Assembly: GCF_006345805.1 (NCBI RefSeq)
Contig: NC_042997.1
Span: forward strand, 166,160,001 to 166,224,000
Direction of reading: 5' to 3'
Length of the DNA stretch: 64,000 bases
Source of the DNA: Octopus sinensis
Lineage: Eukaryota
In this document: positions 25,006 to 36,136 of the stretch, in pieces
How the letters are laid out: each line of letters begins with the position of its first letter
How positions within the stretch are numbered: the stretch's first letter is position 1
The notes under the pieces: model-generated
What the model saw: only the letters and a program-made list of their open reading frames with translations
Databases searched by the model: none
Told to the model about the DNA's origin: nothing
Made by a program: the position numbers and the translations under genes

Positions 25006-25205
25006 CATAAAAGGTGAGGACAGAACCTTAGTCAAGTAACCGAGGGTTTGTGTGTGTGTGTGTGTGTAGAGGTTGTATTTGTTTTTTATACATTCGAGTC
25101 GCTGTTGTTCTGCACGTAGCAGTAGTTGCATTATTTCAGATATGTAAACTTTATCGCTCTCTCTCCCTCTCATTCTCTTTCTTCACACACACATATATAT
25201 ATATA

Positions 25206-25307
<102 letters not shown>

Positions 25308-25508
25308 TGTATGTATGTATGTATGTATGTACGTATGTATGTATGTATGTATGTATGCATGTATGTATGTATGTATATATGCATATACATATATATATGG
25401 ATGGATGTATATATGCATGTAGGAACGATGCTCATGTTCGTTTAACGAGTAGACAGCCATTATGCATGCATGTATCCGTTGTATCTGTATGTGTATGTAT
25501 GTGTATAT

Positions 25509-25550
<42 letters not shown>

Positions 25551-26057
25551 CACGCATACATGCATACATAAAAGAGTGGATGAACGTGGGAGAGAAAGAT
25601 AGGAGAGATGTATATATTTATTGTTTATTTGTTTTACTTTATTGCTTTATTGCTTTATTTTTTACAAATGCGTGTATGCATACACTTAAGTATATCTATA
25701 TCTATCTATATTTTAACTACCGTACGCATTTCTGTAAACATTCTTTAGTGCGAAGAACTATATAAATAACATTAAAGTAAACAAATTAAAAATGTATTCG
25801 AAGTTTACTCAATGTAAAGAAAATAAACAAACAGTCCGTTGATAATCGCTCTCGAAATCTCATCCATCCTCCGCAATGTCTTTAGCTTGTAGTTATTGAT
25901 TAGTCCACTTTTTACAAGGGTAAGTCAAAATTTAAACACATCTTTGCTTCTGTAATTTATTAACACAAAAGCAAGAGTTAAACAATTACATCATTTTTCG
26001 TCGTAGTCTCCTCGCTTTTCGATGAACTTCTTCCAGTGGTCCACAAGCTCGTTTATT

Positions 26058-26490
26058 TTCTATTTCTTTATTGCCCACAAGGGGCTAAACATAGAGGGGA
26101 CAAACAAGGACAGGCAAAGACAGACAAAGAGATTAAGTCGATTACATCGACCCCAGTGTGTAACTGGTACTTAATTTATCGACCCCGAAAGGATGGAAGG
26201 TAAAGTCGACCTCGGCGGAATTTGAACTCAGAACGTAACGGCAGACGAAATACCTTTTTTTTTTTACTACCAACAAGGGGCTAAACACAGAGAGGACAAA
26301 CAAGGACAGACAAACGGATTAAGTCGATTATATCGACCCCAGTGCGTAACTGGTACTTAATTTATCAACCTCGAAAGGATGAAAGGCAAAGCCGACCTCG
26401 GCGGAATTTGAACTCAGAGCATAACGGCAGACGAAATACGGCTACGCATTTCGCCCGGCGTGCTAACGTTTCTGCCAGCTCGCCGCCTTA
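26058..26490 (-). mobile_element. SINE family A dimer (full monomer plus headless monomer)
   Basis: The second unit restarts at GTATTTCGTCT directly after the first tail (~26254). Confidence 0.9.
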
Positions 26491-26491
26491 A

Positions 26492-27545
26492 AGCTCACTT
26501 ATTTCGATCAGAGAAGAATGTTTTCGGATAGCCGCTCAGCCATTTACGCACCACTTCCTGCAGTTCGTCCGTAACAAGTCGACGATCGCGTAAAGGATGT
26601 TTGGTCGATCCAGATTGGTGATAAACGGAAGGGGCGAGATCTGGACTGTATGCAGGATATTGCAGAAACTCGAAGCTAAATTATTCAATGGTTTCAACGG
26701 TGCGGGTAGCCATATGTGGGCGTGCATTGTCGTGCAACAATAACACTTGATTTGACATTGGCAATTGGTGCAAATTGCTGGTTTCAATTTGTTGGCAAGT
26801 ATCTCACTGTAGCCTACACCGGTGACTGTAGACCCCTGTAATGTTCTAGTACAAGCCCTTTTGCGTCCTAAAAATCGATTAGCATCACTTTTTTTTCCTG
26901 TGGATGTTTGAGTCTTAAATTTCCACTCTTTTCCCTGCCTTTTGGATTCTCATTTCTTTACTGCCCACAAGGAGCTACACAGAGAGGGGACAAACAAGGA
27001 CAGACAAACGGATTAAATCGATTACATCGACCCCAGTGCGTAACTGGTACTTAATTTATCGACTCCGAAAGGTTGAAAGGCAAAGTCGACCTCGGCGGAA
27101 TTTGAACTCAGAACGTAACGGCAGACGAAATACGGCTACGCATTTCGGCCAGCGAGCTAACGTTTCTGCCAGCTCACCGTTTGGATTGTGGCCCAAAGTG
27201 ATGAACCCAGATTTCATCCCCTGTGACTGTTCTCTCCACAAAAGCTTTGTCTTCATTGTTATAGCTGTCGAGTAAGCATTGACAGATCTCCATACGATTG
27301 CATCTATATACTTCAGTAATCTCTCTTAGCACCCATCTCGCACAGACTTATGCGCAGATAACATGCTACCTCATTGATAATTCTTCGGTTCAACAGTACC
27401 ATCTCAATGAATCTGCACATCACTGGTGGCAGTTTATGAACATCCTGCTCCCTCTTCGTGTTTCACACTTGTGAGGTCATTTTTCAACTTGTCGATTTAC
27501 TCATACACACTTCTATGCAATAGAGCACTGTCTCCATATTGTACT
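26492..27545 (-). mobile_element. Degraded mariner interrupted by a SINE
   Basis: CARWVLREIT, TVTGDEIWVHH, KVMLIDF.DAKG, LLLHDNARPH and PAYSPDLAPS read in order across the SINE insertion. Confidence 0.85.
26949..27179 (-). mobile_element. SINE family A inserted in mariner, 8-bp TSD
   Basis: TTTGGATT at 26941-26948 and 27180-27187. Confidence 0.9.
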
Positions 27546-28559
27546 GAAAGCTTGCTGTGAATCAGCCCTTGACACAGCTTTAGACTAGAGAAATCGGATC
27601 ACTGATCCCTGCTCTTTCTTGGTGCGCACTGCCAACGGAGCGGCCTTGATTACTCTGTAACACAAGAAAGAAAACTGGAGCGGTCGATTACGTAACTACA
27701 AGAATATCACCTTTTAACACGGGCGCACTAAAGATAGTGCAGCCAACTTACAGAAAGTTTTGGGGGAAGGTACGGATAAGTGTTTACTTACTCTTGTAGA
27801 CTTCATCAGAGGGTCTTTTTTTCTATTTTCTTTTTTTTTTCAGCTATTGAGTATCTAAGACTACATTATCCAAAATATGCAATTTTTAAGAGGATAGGTT
27901 TTGATTTGAGGGGTATTTGACTCCTATGTCTTATTGGTCAATCACTAAGCCGCGAGCAGGCTTCCACCTTTGGCTCGTTCAATTTATGAAGTAGTAACTT
28001 CAGTTACTGCTTAGTCCAATGTCAGCCTCGTTCGAACTGATCTGTGATCAAAGTAGTTCCAATCTTGACCATCTTGTCTTTATATACAAGAGACTATAGA
28101 ATCCGATAAATAATTCTTTGTTTGAGACGTTAGGATGAGATTTGAGGGAGATTTAGCTGTTACTTTTAATCAGAAGAGCAACCACATAGTGAAATCTGCT
28201 CATCCTTGTCTCGTCTAGCTGGCTTTATCATTAAAGCAATTGGACTCCGGAAAGGGAATAGCATCCTAATAGAATAATTTTGGGTTGTTTATTTTATTCT
28301 CTGGATCCTAATTACTAGATATCTTGTGACAACTAAAACTATGAAATATTATACTTTAAGGCCTGAAAGGTTTTGATAATGACGTATGGTTTAAACGTGT
28401 CAAAAGTCCTTTTTGTTGATAAAATGTAACGTAGAGTTAGCTGGGTATTGGATTGCACTATGGCCGGCTTAGCCTCCAAATTTTTAATTTCGAAGCATTT
28501 CTTCGCTTTCTCCTTTTTCCTTTCTTGTTCCCCTTACTATCTTTCTGTCTCCCAATCCA

Positions 28560-28610
<51 letters not shown>

Positions 28611-28839
28611 CTGCATCTCTGTTTCTCTCCCTTGGTATATATACATATATATATATATACATATATATATATGACTTTTACAAAGTTTAATAAATATGTA
28701 CTCTACAAAACAGTATTGGGTAAATTTTCAGTTGAATGTTAAGATTGCTTTTATGACAACTTGACATATAAACACGATGTATGTGTGGCGATGTGGGGGT
28801 TATACCAATGTGCGTATTTGAGCTTATGAATGTATTGTC

Positions 28840-29060
28840 AGTATTGTTGTGTTTGTACAACTGACAGAATCAACTATGACATCAGTTTTCACAAGAAAAG
28901 CTGAAAAACTCAAGCAAGAAATTACAGGCTTATGTCCCTTACATCTCAAATGTTGCACAGATATATTACCTGGTCTGAACATTGTGAAGTATTTGACAGC
29001 AACAATGTATTGAATAGCAGCAAATCGTACAGTTTCCTGAAATAAGGAAATTATTTTATC
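28840..29060 (+). mobile_element. CR1-like RT relic
   Basis: SFHKKS.KTQARNYRLMSLTS resembles the PIHKKG....NYRPISLTS RT motif. Confidence 0.5.
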
Positions 29061-29814
29061 ACACTACTAAGGCAAGTGAGCACTATAACCTACACTGTCG
29101 ACCGTCAGTAGGCTTGTATCCTGTCTTTGGCCTTGTTTTGCATCTTTGGCGAAGAAAACCTGAATGGCCCAATCCACCAAACTTTTTTCCTCAATGCGTA
29201 GCAAGCTCAGTTTTCAACTGGTTAATTTCAAAGTAATCATAACGGATCTATGTTTTGTGGAGACAAAATGTTGAGTGTGCTGCTCATGCTGCTGTTTAGC
29301 TCTATCTTAACCGTGATCAAGCAGATCTTTGATGAAACGCATTCCTTCTATGACCGTTCCGTCTCTCTGGGAGTATCCCGTTTTTTCCTACCCCTCTGTG
29401 TTTTTTACAAGTCATCATCTTGTTTGCTTAGCCAATTCTGAAAGGATAAAAGAGGGGAAAAGAGAGAGAGGGATGGGAAACAACTCAATGATTTGGCTGC
29501 TATTTTACAAATTCTAAAAAGGAGAAATATACGAGTTGACCTTCTGATTTAAGGCAAAGGCTGTTAGTCCGTATATATAGGTTGCAGGGTCATAAATATA
29601 ATTTTTTCATCTATATAGGTCAGTAGTTCTAGTTGTCCACACCTGGTGCTCATCCTAGGCATGGACTACTGAATGAGAATAATTGTGAGTTGAATAAAAA
29701 GTTCGGTTCGAAATTCCGAGATGGTTATTGAATACGACAGGCTCCTGAAGAATGCCGGTAGGTGGGGAACAAAACGAAGCGTTGTAATGATATGTAATAA
29801 TGGTTTCTAGTGAA

Positions 29815-30015
29815 AGCGAAAGGCCAGTCGTTTTCAGGGGAGATTGTCGATATCACTGACTCCTGTACTCGAGGAGTAATTTATTTTATTGACCTTAGAG
29901 GGATGAAAGGTGAGGTTGGCCACAGCGCGATTTGAGCTGAAAACGTAAAGAACCGAAGGAAATACCACAGAGAATTGTGTCCGACGCTCTAGCGATTCTG
30001 CGGATCCACCATCTT
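29815..30015 (-). mobile_element. Old diverged SINE family A copy
   Basis: Reverse complement of the central block (GGATGAAAGG, ATTTGAGCTGAAAACGTAAAG). Confidence 0.55.
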
Positions 30016-30219
30016 ATATCATTGTATAAGTAATAAGGCGGGGAACATCAACAGTTTTTGAAGTGGTCTGCAGTGGTTCACAAAACAAAAGCCCATCCTT
30101 CAAGGCAGCGTATCATGGGGAAAGCATTTCACTGTGCATCAGAAGCTGTCAAACCTTCTTCCCTTAAAATAGTATAATTTTTCTTTGGATAAGAAGCGAC
30201 AAAGAAAATCCAAGATATT

Positions 30220-30806
30220 TGTAGTGACCCTATAACGGCGCGCGCTCGCGCACCGTCCATTTGTATTTCGCGCGTGTTGGTGTCTTTACCAAGGAAGAGA
30301 GAGGAAGGGCCCTCTCGCGCATGCGCGAAGTACCGGAAGAAGAACCCTATTGCCTACGTAGCAGTTAGAACGTTTGACCGCTAGCAGCAGTCAGGGGTGA
30401 CTTTGAGACATGGCTATCGAAGGCAACGGTCACGCATATTTTCTCTCCGTTCGAACTTGCTTCTAGCAGTCCTTACCAAAAGGCCTTTAACCAAATTGTT
30501 GCAGACCAACATCGTCTCCATTGTTCGACGCCATCTTTAACCCCGTTCTGTTTTAGCGGCTGAACATTGTAAATATTACAATCGATTAACTTTCAGCCTT
30601 GCGCGCCCAGAACCAAGGACATCAGATAACACACTTATTGTTACTGTTACCAAGAAAGAGAATAAAGTAGTATATATATCTTTTACGTCTGCGTCTTGTT
30701 GTTTCTGACTGGTAGAGAATTCTGGATTATTAAAGCAACGAAAAGTGATTGCTTTCTTGTACCCCGAAAGTACAAGAGAAGATATTCACACACGAAGTTC
30801 GTTACA
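30220..30806 (+). repeat. 5' LTR
   Basis: Direct repeat of 32355-32941; AATAAA at 30661. Confidence 0.95.
30316..30339 (+). promoter_or_regulatory. NRF1-like palindrome plus ETS motif in a CpG-rich LTR U3 (also 32451-32474)
   Basis: CGCGCATGCGCG followed 4 nt later by ACCGGAAG; motif match only. Confidence 0.45.
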
Positions 30807-30807
30807 C

Positions 30808-30828
30808 TGGTGACCTCCCGACGTGATT
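30808..30828 (+). other. Primer-binding site complementary to the tRNA-Trp 3' end (2-nt insertion)
   Basis: TGGTGACCTCCCGACGTGATT versus TGGTGACCCCGACGTGATT (complement of metazoan tRNA-Trp ..AATCACGTCGGGGTCACCA). Confidence 0.85.
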
Positions 30829-32354
30829 CTAGTCTAAAACCAGAGATCACTTAACAACAAAGAAATCCAGTTTTTCTGCGAAGTCGGAACACGATTAACT
30901 CTACGCATTCATCTTTCGACGATTTGTTTCCGTCCTCTCGGACCGTTATAGAAGGAGCCCTTTTCTTATTCTACAGCCATGATGACGAACGCCATCACAT
31001 CATCGATGCCTTTTCTCCACCTTCGTTATCGCCATCGTCGCCTTTCCACTTCACGTCGTCGTTATCTTCGTCGCCATCATCACTAAGAACGATGTTGTCT
31101 CAAGTCCACTACAGTCGCCACCACCACCGTCGCCTTTCAACACCGTCGACCTCCACAAGATGTACATAGCAACTCGCGGAACTTTAGCGTGCACGCTGTA
31201 TTGTGCATATGCACACCAAGGATCAACAGCACCGTTTATCTACGAGATTTCTTCTGTACCCAGTTAACATGTCACAGCATCGAAGCTACAACCGCTACAC
31301 ATTGTGTTCAACCGGCATCTGCATTTTTGTGATTTCAACATTTCTGTTACAGAACGAACTGTTATTGTGCATCAGGCTATTACAGACTGGTAAATTAACT
31401 CTTGTCTGGAATAGCACTTGAGAGACATTTTTTTCTATGCGCTGTATTTTTTTATATTTTGCTCGCATTCACCTTGTATGTATTTCTGTCGCACACACGT
31501 ACACACACATAAATGCTCTCTCTCTCACATACATACGTCACACATGCTTTTCTCGCTTGTTTTTTTTCCATGCTGAATTTGCTTTTGTGGACACCCCTCA
31601 TTTCTATAGACCCTAGGTCGGTCACGTATACATAGAGAGGGTTGTTTGTCCATTATAACGCGCCAGCATGTCATACCTTTGTTCCTGTACGAACGAGGCA
31701 TATAATCGCTCAACCACTGGCATATTCTTGCTGTTTTTTGGTCTGGCAAGCACTAATGCATTTCATGCGCCTTGCTTCGCACGTGTATTGCCTTGTTTTT
31801 TGCAACACGTTTGCGCTAGCTTAATTCTTTTCCCGACTCATAGGACGTCGGATGTTCACATGCGCTGCGCCATGTTTAGGCGTAATTATTTTTCCCTGTT
31901 AGACCACTGTTGGTCACGTAATTAACAGAAAATTATCTGTGTCGCGCATCACACCAGCATGTTTGCACCTTTGCCTTTTGTGTTGCTAGCGAGCTTCTGT
32001 CAATTCCATTTCCTCTCCTGCAGCAATTGACTTAACTGCTATTTCGCAGGATCAACCACCTTTAGAGAAGTTGGATTTTAATTTCGCCTAGGTTCATTGA
32101 CTGTGAGTTTTGCTTTCCCTCCGCTCCTTTCAGCGGAAGGGTTTATACTTTTGTGCCGTATACACTTTCATGCATGCACTCTTGATTTTTGCTCATTGAG
32201 TATTTTTTCTCTTTTTCCTTTAGTAAATTTCTTGTGTATGTTATAAATTTTGCCATTATATTTTTGTGTGCTATTTGGTTATCTGGTGTCCACCTTGAGT
32301 TTTGCAGTCACTACAATAAGTTTCCTTTCGTGCGTACGCACTGGAGGGGAGCCT

Positions 32355-32941
32355 TGTAGTGACCCTATAACGGCGCGCGCTCGCGCACCGTCCATTTGTA
32401 TTTCGCGCGTGTTGGTGCCTTTACCAAGGCAGAGAGAGGAAGGGCCCTCTCGCGCATGCGCGAAGTACCGGAAGAAGAACCCTATTGCCTACGTAGCAGT
32501 TAGAACGTTTGACCGCTAGCAGCAGTCAGGGGTGACTTTGAGACATGGCTATCGAAGGCAACGGTCACGCATATTTTCTCTCCGTTCGAACTTGCTTCTA
32601 GCAGTCCTTACCAAAAGGCCTTTAACCAAATTGTTGCAGACCAACATCGTCTCCATTGTTCGACGCCATCTTTAATCCAGTTCTGTTTTAGCGGCTGAAC
32701 ATTGTAAATATTACAATCGATTAACTTTCAGCCTTGCGCGCCCAGAACCAAGGACATCAGATAACACACTTATTGTTACTGTTACCAAGAAAGAGAATAA
32801 AGTAGTATATATATCTTTTACGTCTGCGTCTTGTTGTTTCTGACTGGTAGAGAATTCTGGATTATTAAAGCAACGAAAAGTGATTGCTTTCTTGTACCCC
32901 GAAAGTACAAGAGAAGATATTCACACACGAAGTTCGTTACA
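32355..32941 (+). repeat. 3' LTR
   Basis: Preceded by the polypurine tract GGAGGGGAG (32343-32351). Confidence 0.95.
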
Positions 32942-34317
32942 TATTCATCTCACCAATACCGTACGAGTCAAGATGTCGAAATTAGTGAAGATATCTTTAC
33001 CCAGATAACAAACGAAGTGAAACTAATGCTTTTACTAATTAAGATTCAAATGAATGAATCAATTGACATTTCAGACATCAACCAACTGATTGTTTAAATA
33101 TGACATGTGCTTGAAGATAATTTTTTTGTTTTGTGAACTATTGCTTACAAGTTCCAAAGCTGTTTATATTTCTCCTCTTCCTGGCGAATTTTTAACTTAA
33201 TGAACTGGAGTGGATTGTGGGAGGACGTGTTTACTGTTAGGGCATTACCGATGAATGAGCAAATTCTGACTCCGCCACTGTATACCTCCTTGACATCTAA
33301 GTGCCGTGAATACTTTGGTACCTGAATTGCACGAAGACGTATGTATTGTGATTAAAACTGTAAAAAGTATTCAAGACAAGACTCTGAATCATAACATCTT
33401 TCTTAGTCTTTATGCAGAATTAAGAAGTGAATATCAAGTTCTATTTTTCTATACTGTTGAGCGCTGGCTTTCATATGGCTGGGTTTTATATCGAGTTATT
33501 ATGTCTGAGGAAATTGCCATTTTCCTCCACCAACATAGAAGCTATCTTGGAGAAGAATTTAAGAATCATGGATTCATTTTGTTTGTTGCCTATTTGTCAA
33601 GCGTACTAAATTATTTGAATGAACTGAAACTCGCAATACAGAGATTTGAAGTAAATAAGTTACTTGATATAGTTGAGGCATTTAAAAGGAAGTCTCATTT
33701 TGAAAGCGCCGGACTGTAAAAAAGAGAATTTTCCTAATTTCCTTGTTTGAGGAAAGAGTCGTAGAATCGATTTATCATTGAAAAAAAAACTGGTATTGGT
33801 GGGAACTTCGGAATACGATGGAAAAGTACATGCCGAAGGAAACTGTTAGCAACTGGATCCTGTAACTATCCCTGTTGGACATTGATAACACTGAAAACCT
33901 TATAGAGGCTTACTGGAACTACAGAGTAACAAAGCCAATAAATTTTTTCTCAAATTCTTTTCCGATCCATTCCTTGACAGATTTCTGATAAAAATAGGTA
34001 ACTACATGCCCAAAATCTGCAGAGACTACTAGAATCAATAATTCCGTTACCTACAGTTTACCTCTGAGAAGCTACATTTTCGAATTTGCCGCATATAAAA
34101 AATATGACCAGCATATAAATGAAATCGAGTTTCGCTCATAATATTAGATTGGCGCTTGAATACTAGGCCAAATAACGAGAAACATAATCAACAACAGAAG
34201 AGTCACTAATTTTGCTTACCATGTTGACAAATGAAATGGTTGTTAATTGGCTGCAAATATTTCAATGATTGCACTTTCTTTCCTTTTCTTTCTTTTGCAA
34301 CTCGATATTATATATAG

Positions 34318-34678
34318 ACTAGCACTATGACCCGGCAACGCCGGGTCATAGTGCTAGTGCATGCATATACAGCTGCGTGCGCACATACACGCGAGCACTG
34401 TCCAAATCTCCGACCAATCACATACAGTTAGCTGGTATTCAATTGGCGTATCAAGTTTCGGGCATTTTGATTGAGTTTTGGATAGAAAATTCACAAAAGT
34501 GTCACTTCTATTGATTTTTTAATGGCTTTGCGGGGTGACAGGGGAAATGTAAAGATGTGCACGACCACCCTTGGACGGTTTTGAATGACTATAGAAAGTG
34601 CGAGCCCTCTAACTGAAAAATTGTGGATTTGTATAAAGGACACGCACACAGACATTTTGCCGTTTATATATGTAGAGA
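34318..34678 (-). mobile_element. Non-autonomous Helitron
   Basis: Minus 5' end A|TCTCTACATATATAAACGGCAAAATGTCTG; 3' end hairpin plus CTAG|T. Confidence 0.75.
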
Positions 34679-35517
34679 TTTTTAAAAAATGTATAAGTGA
34701 CAAGTTCGAATATAACTTTACCTGCCATTTCATGCCCTAACGGAAGATTTAAGAAGTGTTAGCTGATTCGATTCATCATCAAAACGGTGATGGAGAAAAC
34801 TGATATAGAAAATTGAAATGGAGCGATAATTGGTGAAATCTACATAACAAAAGTTGCAATCATGAAGACAAGACTGGAAGTTTAATGTCTAACAAATGGG
34901 AGATGGATATAGAACAACAATATAAACGTGTGCAGGTGGTTGTGATAAAGACGCAGTCAGACTTTCCTGATGCCAAGATCAACACTACTTTCGCCGATTT
35001 TCTTAAACGCTAAGAAAAACTGGCTTGGATTGAAAGCCATAATGTTAACCATTGAAGGTATATGTATGAGTATGTGTGTGCGCGTGAGCGCGTATGTGTG
35101 TAATATATATATGTATGTATATACACACACATATGTTTAACTACTTATATATATACACACATACAGATATATATATACCTATATGAATTTTCTCTCATGT
35201 CTATAAATCGCAGCGTGCCCATGAACTGGCAATAATACACATAACTTGTGTGTGTGTGTGTGTGTGTCCTCACTGCTTGATAAACAATGTTGGTATGTCT
35301 ATGTCCCCGTAAACTTGCGTTTCAGTAAAAGAGAACGACAAAATACGTACCAGACTTTAAAAAATGATTAATAAGTACAGAGGTGCAAACGGTTCTGCCA
35401 GCTCACCGCCTTCACACGTTCAGTATATTACATGATATTATTTATAGCCGTATGCACTTCAAGATTGCCGTTAAATTATTTATTTATTTATTCATATACA
35501 CACGCGTGAACACACAC

Positions 35518-35519
<2 letters not shown>

Positions 35520-35601
<82 letters not shown>

Positions 35602-35639
35602 GCAGACAAGCAGACAGACAGACAGACAGACAGACAGAA

Positions 35640-35670
<31 letters not shown>

Positions 35671-35679
35671 AAGACAGAA

Positions 35680-35710
<31 letters not shown>

Positions 35711-35719
35711 AAGACAGAA

Positions 35720-35790
<71 letters not shown>

Positions 35791-35800
35791 CAGACAGATA
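35520..35800. repeat. (GATA)n/(GACA)n compound microsatellite
   Basis: Direct inspection; abuts the 3' end of the Tx1 element. Confidence 0.95.
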
Positions 35801-36136
35801 TGTTTCTTTATTAGCCACACAGGGCTGCACACAGATAGAACAAATTACAAGGTAGAGCTTTTCTTTTGGGGGTAAAAAAGGGGGGGCGATCAAAAGGGAT
35901 CGTAAAAGGAGAGAAAAGGTGGGTTAAAAAAGGGGTGAGAGGAAAAAATTGATCAATAGGGATCGTTATCACAGAAATGTCAATATGAAGTGTAAAGGGG
36001 AGGACAGGTTAGGTTTACCCGTGGAAAGAAAAGCCTACGGAAAAGACCACGGTAACCTCGGTCAATGAAGTCACATGTTATATTTCTTTTTCTTTTTTTT
36101 TTTGCAAATAAGCAACTCTGTATTAATTTTTATGGT

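Larger units (their letters stand above)
30220..32941 (+). mobile_element. Non-autonomous Ty3/Gypsy-type LTR retroelement
   Basis: Two 587-bp LTRs (TGTAG..TTACA) with about 4 differences seen by eye, 4-bp TSD TATT (30216-30219, 32942-32945), PBS and PPT; the 1548-bp interior has no gag/pol ORF. Confidence 0.95.
30040..34260 (+). mobile_element. hAT (Charlie/Buster-like) transposase relic, split by the LTR element
   Basis: EAVKPSSLKIV..EATKKIQDI | HLTNTV joins across the LTR TSD; then IQMNESIDISDINQLIV and ORF 33306-33719 (..LFFYTVERWLSYGWVLYRV..VAYLSSVLNYLNELKLAIQ). Confidence 0.8.

Noticed and set aside
29715-29745. CTGAAGA motif as a hammerhead
   Set aside because: No compatible stem II and GAAA arrangement.
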